Part shown: piece after piece, positions 61,760 to 64,000 of the stretch | How positions within the stretch are numbered: the first letter of the stretch is position 1 | Layout: each line of letters begins with the position of its first letter | Assembly (NCBI GenBank): GCA_046328265.1 | Contig: JAXLWW010000019.1 | Coordinates: 3,370 to 67,369 of the forward strand | Direction: 5' to 3' | Source of the DNA: Dehalococcoidia bacterium | GTDB taxonomy: Bacteria > Chloroflexota > Dehalococcoidia > SpSt-223 | DNA: 64,000 nucleotides | Notes under the pieces: model-generated | Seen by the model: only the letters and a program-made list of their open reading frames with translations | Databases searched by the model: none | Told to the model about the DNA's origin: nothing | Position numbers and translations under genes: made by a program

Positions 61760-62653
61760 TCAGCTTTCGACGACCGTGACCTTGTTGATACGGTCGCCGC
61801 GCTGTATCTGATCGACGACACTCATCCCATCGACGACCCTGCCGAAGAGGTTGTATTGCTTGGGCAGCGGGGTGTCGCGCTTGAGGATGAAGAATTGGCT
61901 GCCGTTGGTGTTTGGTCCCGAGTTGGCCATCGCCACGACGCCCCGAAGATATTCACCCTTGACCGGTTCGTCGTTGAAACGGTAGCCCGGACCTCCGGTG
62001 CCATTGCCAACCGGGTCACCGCCCTGCACCACCCAATCCTCGACGCGATGGAAGGTAAGACCGTCGTAGAAACCGTCTCGCACGAGGCGAACGAAGTTGT
62101 TGACCGTCACCGGCGCATCCTGTGGATTGAGTTCCATCACGATCAGGCCGCGCGCGGTATCCATGGTGACGGTATAGATCTTGGTCGTGTCGATCGTCAT
62201 CGCCGGCGGCGCGGTGTAGGTCGGCCGAGCTTGGGCCGCCGGCGACGCTCCGGGAGAAGCCGCCGGGGACGCCTGCGGTGACACCGAGGGGTCGGGTGTG
62301 ACACTCGCCCGGGCGGTTGCGGTCTGCTGCGCACCGGCGGTACCGGTGGCGTTGACGGTCGAGGTCGGGAACGGGGTCAGCGTCGGCGTCGGCAAATTCG
62401 AGGTAATCTGCTGTTGGTTGAAGAGAAACACCAGCCCGGCGACCACTCCGGCGCTCACCAGCAAGAACACCGCTTGCTGAAAGCGAGGATCGCGATACCA
62501 CGGGCGTCCGGGCCTCGACTTCATCACCTTCTTCGGCGAATGAGCTTCCTCCGACGATTCGCTGTGAGGCGCCTCGTTGGCGGGAACGTCCGTCGGGTTC
62601 TCGCGGGCCCGTCGGCGTGCAGCCTCTCGCCGGGCGCGACGGGAACGGGTCAT
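61760..62653 (-). CDS. Cyclophilin-type peptidyl-prolyl isomerase with a basic N-terminus, a TM anchor and a Thr/Pro/Ala linker
   Basis: Trimmed to the ATG at 62653, which follows AAAGGAGGG; the track ORF runs through the tRNA-Arg gene. The catalytic domain has FHRVEDWVVQGGDP...GVVAMANSGPNTNGSQFFI. Confidence 0.85.
   Translation of the reverse strand: MTRSRRARREAARRRARENPTDVPANEAPHSESSEEAHSPKKVMKSRPGRPWYRDPRFQQAVFLLVSAGVVAGLVFLFNQQQITSNLPTPTLTPFPTSTVNATGTAGAQQTATARASVTPDPSVSPQASPAASPGASPAAQARPTYTAPPAMTIDTTKIYTVTMDTARGLIVMELNPQDAPVTVNNFVRLVRDGFYDGLTFHRVEDWVVQGGDPVGNGTGGPGYRFNDEPVKGEYLRGVVAMANSGPNTNGSQFFILKRDTPLPKQYNLFGRVVDGMSVVDQIQRGDRINKVTVVES
61859..61915. repeat. 57-nt segment 55/57 identical to 61371-61427 (copy in cyclophilin gene 2)
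   Basis: Same alignment as the partner copy. The flanking coding sequence is clearly more diverged. Confidence 0.85.
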
Positions 62654-62698
62654 CGACCCTCCTTTACGCAGGAAAGCCGAGCGTCTGCTCGGCTTGGG

Positions 62699-62773
62699 TG
62701 GTACCCCGAGACGGACTCGAACCGCCGCCACCGGCTCCGGAGGCCGGTGCTCTATCCACTGAGCTATCGGGGC
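62699..62773 (-). tRNA. tRNA-Arg (anticodon CCG), CCA encoded
   Basis: The minus strand reads GCCCCGA-TA-GCTC-AGTGGATA-GAGC-A-CCGGC-CTCCGGA-GCCGG-TGGC-GGCGG-TTCGAGT-CCGTC-TCGGGGT-ACCA. This is a cloverleaf folded by hand with a G1-U72 wobble. Confidence 0.85.
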
Positions 62774-62817
62774 GCGTGAATGAAGTATAGCGCCACATGG
62801 CGAGCCGGGTAGCCGTT

Positions 62818-62846
62818 TTGACCGTCGCGCGCGGGTGCGGTATACT
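62818..62846 (+). promoter_or_regulatory. Near-consensus promoter (TTGACC-N17-TATACT) of the initiator tRNA
   Basis: The -35 lies at 62818-23 and the -10 at 62841-46. The mature tRNA 5' end is 10 nt downstream. Confidence 0.55.
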
Positions 62847-62856
62847 GAGCGCATAT

Positions 62857-62931
62857 CGCGGGGTAGAGCAGTGGCAGCTCGTCGGGCTCATAACCCGGAG
62901 GTCGTAGGTTCGAATCCTACCCCCGCTACCA
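62857..62931 (+). tRNA. Initiator tRNA-fMet (anticodon CAT), CCA encoded
   Basis: The sequence is CGCGGGGTAGAGCAGTGGCAGCTCGTCGGGCTCATAACCCGGAGGTCGTAGGTTCGAATCCTACCCCCGCTACCA. It shows a C1/U72 mismatch and three consecutive G-C pairs closing the anticodon stem. It closely resembles the E. coli tRNA-fMet sequence as I recall it. Confidence 0.85.
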
Positions 62932-62974
62932 ATCGCGTCAGTGTGTCCTCCTCCCTTGCCCCGGCTTCCCGACC

Positions 62975-64000
62975 ATGCCCGATTCTCTGACTCACGCCGT
63001 CCGCCGAGCGATTGCGCACGGTTTAGTATCGGTCGACCACACGGTCATCGTCGCCCTCTCTGGTGGGGCAGATTCGACGGCGCTCACCCTCGCACTGGCT
63101 GGCGAGGGGATCGAGGTTGTTGCCGCCCACTACAACCACCGGCTGCGCGGCAAAGAATCCGACGCCGACGAACTGGCAGTCCGCGAACTGGCTGCGGCCC
63201 GCGGGCTAGCGCTGGTCGTCGGCGCCGATCCGCATCCACCCGGGATGGGCTCACCAGACCGCAACGTCGAACAAACCGCGCGTCAACGCCGCTATCGGTT
63301 TCTCGGTCATTGCGCCCGTGAACACAACGCCACTCATATCGCGGTGGGCCACACCCTCGACGATCAATTCGAGACACTGCTTATCCGGCTGATCCGCGGT
63401 ACCGGGCCGACCGGTCTGTCCGGCATGGCTCCTCTCGCTCGGATCGACCGGCTGACCGGAGGACCGTATTGGATCACTCGTCCGCTCCTCGGCGTTTCGC
63501 ACGCGGCAACCCTCGCCTACTGTGCTGCGCATGAAGTGACACCGGTCGCGGACCAATCGAATGAGTCAACGCGGTTCCTTCGCAACCGGGTGCGTCGCGG
63601 TATCGTCCCGGCCTTCGTTCGCGAGAATCCTCGGATCGTCGCGGACACCGCCGACCTGATGGCGCTCCTGCGCGATCAGCAGCAGTTCATCCGCCAAGAG
63701 GTCGAACGACGTTGGGGTGAAGTATCGGTACCCGGAGAAGGGGCAGTGTTGCGGCGCGAGGTACTGGCGCGTTGGCCGGCAGCCCTCGCGAGCGAGGCGG
63801 TCCGCGTTGCGGCCGAGCATCTCGTCGCGCCGCCTTCTCCCCTTGAATACTCCCACATCGTTCGGCTGCTCGGTCATGTCCGGGCAGGGGAATGGGCGCG
63901 GCTCCATTTGCCGGCTGGTCTCGAAGCTCTCGTCGACCGGGTCGCCCTGCGGATTCGCCTCCGGCAGACCGAGGCTCCGCCCTCGCCGGTCCGGCTTGAG
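62975..64000 (+). CDS. tilS: tRNA(Ile)-lysidine synthase; 3' end beyond the window edge
   Basis: Hand translation from the ATG at 62975 gives MPDSLTHAVRRAIAHGLVSVDHTVIVALSGGADSTAL (PP-loop SGGxDS)...GHTLDDQFETLLIRLIRGTG. The frame stays open to the end of the window. Confidence 0.85.
   Translation, partial: MPDSLTHAVRRAIAHGLVSVDHTVIVALSGGADSTALTLALAGEGIEVVAAHYNHRLRGKESDADELAVRELAAARGLALVVGADPHPPGMGSPDRNVEQTARQRRYRFLGHCAREHNATHIAVGHTLDDQFETLLIRLIRGTGPTGLSGMAPLARIDRLTGGPYWITRPLLGVSHAATLAYCAAHEVTPVADQSNESTRFLRNRVRRGIVPAFVRENPRIVADTADLMALLRDQQQFIRQEVERRWGEVSVPGEGAVLRREVLARWPAALASEAVRVAAEHLVAPPSPLEYSHIVRLLGHVRAGEWARLHLPAGLEALVDRVALRIRLRQTEAPPSPVRLE

Noticed and set aside
62654-62854. 67-codon N-terminal extension of the membrane cyclophilin ORF
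   Set aside because: It would read straight through the tRNA-Arg(CCG) gene. The internal ATG at 62653 has an AAAGGAGGG ribosome-binding site.
1-64000. Search for CRISPR arrays, IS elements, integrases, prophage genes, toxin-antitoxin pairs, retron/DGR-type reverse transcriptases and rRNA
   Set aside because: Reading both strands, I saw no regularly spaced direct repeats, transposase, integrase or reverse-transcriptase-like ORFs, or rRNA-like sequence. The two tRNA genes have no adjacent integrase or att-like duplication. The window looks like core chromosome rather than a mobile or defence island.

Overview
The window is a visibly GC-rich, gene-dense bacterial chromosomal segment with about 70 protein-coding genes and 2 tRNAs. 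I saw no rRNA, CRISPR array, transposase, integrase or phage genes. Most of the content is housekeeping. It includes the cell-shape operon mreB-mreC-mreD-mrdA-rodA and a RodZ-like gene, and the DNA-metabolism genes mutS2, priA, mpg and tilS. CoA and pantothenate genes (panD, coaBC, coaX), ilvE, fumC, rplS, two adjacent cyclophilins and an IscA-type Fe-S carrier are also present. So are modA, a family-5 solute-binding protein, an ABC-2/GldG/DUF4340 transporter cluster, and several redox enzymes (LLM/F420-type, nitroreductase, MBL, VOC). Many genes use GTG or TTG starts, and several are translationally coupled through ATGA, GTGA or TGATG overlaps. A sortase with LPXTG substrates, the F420/LLM-type enzymes and the overall style suggest a high-GC monoderm-like lineage such as Chloroflexota/Thermomicrobia or Actinomycetota; this is inference only.

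Many long ORFs in the supplied track are antisense shadows or N-terminal over-extensions, and I trimmed or rejected them.

The loci most worth a second look are:
1. A tightly packed PspA operon whose partners are two paralogous membrane-anchored solute-binding-like proteins (one fused to vWA) and a 2-TM coiled-coil protein, next to an orphan NarL-type regulator.
2. A sortase operon with an LPXTG YVTN beta-propeller and a Cys/His-motif membrane protein.
3. A Cys-tailed MarR next to a cupredoxin fused to four CHRD domains.
4. An ORF-poor spacer of about 540 nt between panD and mutS2, which carries repeats, a perfect hairpin and a possible 48-aa membrane peptide.
5. Several small ORFs that the ORF track missed.

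All family assignments come from reading motifs by eye. No database search was run.
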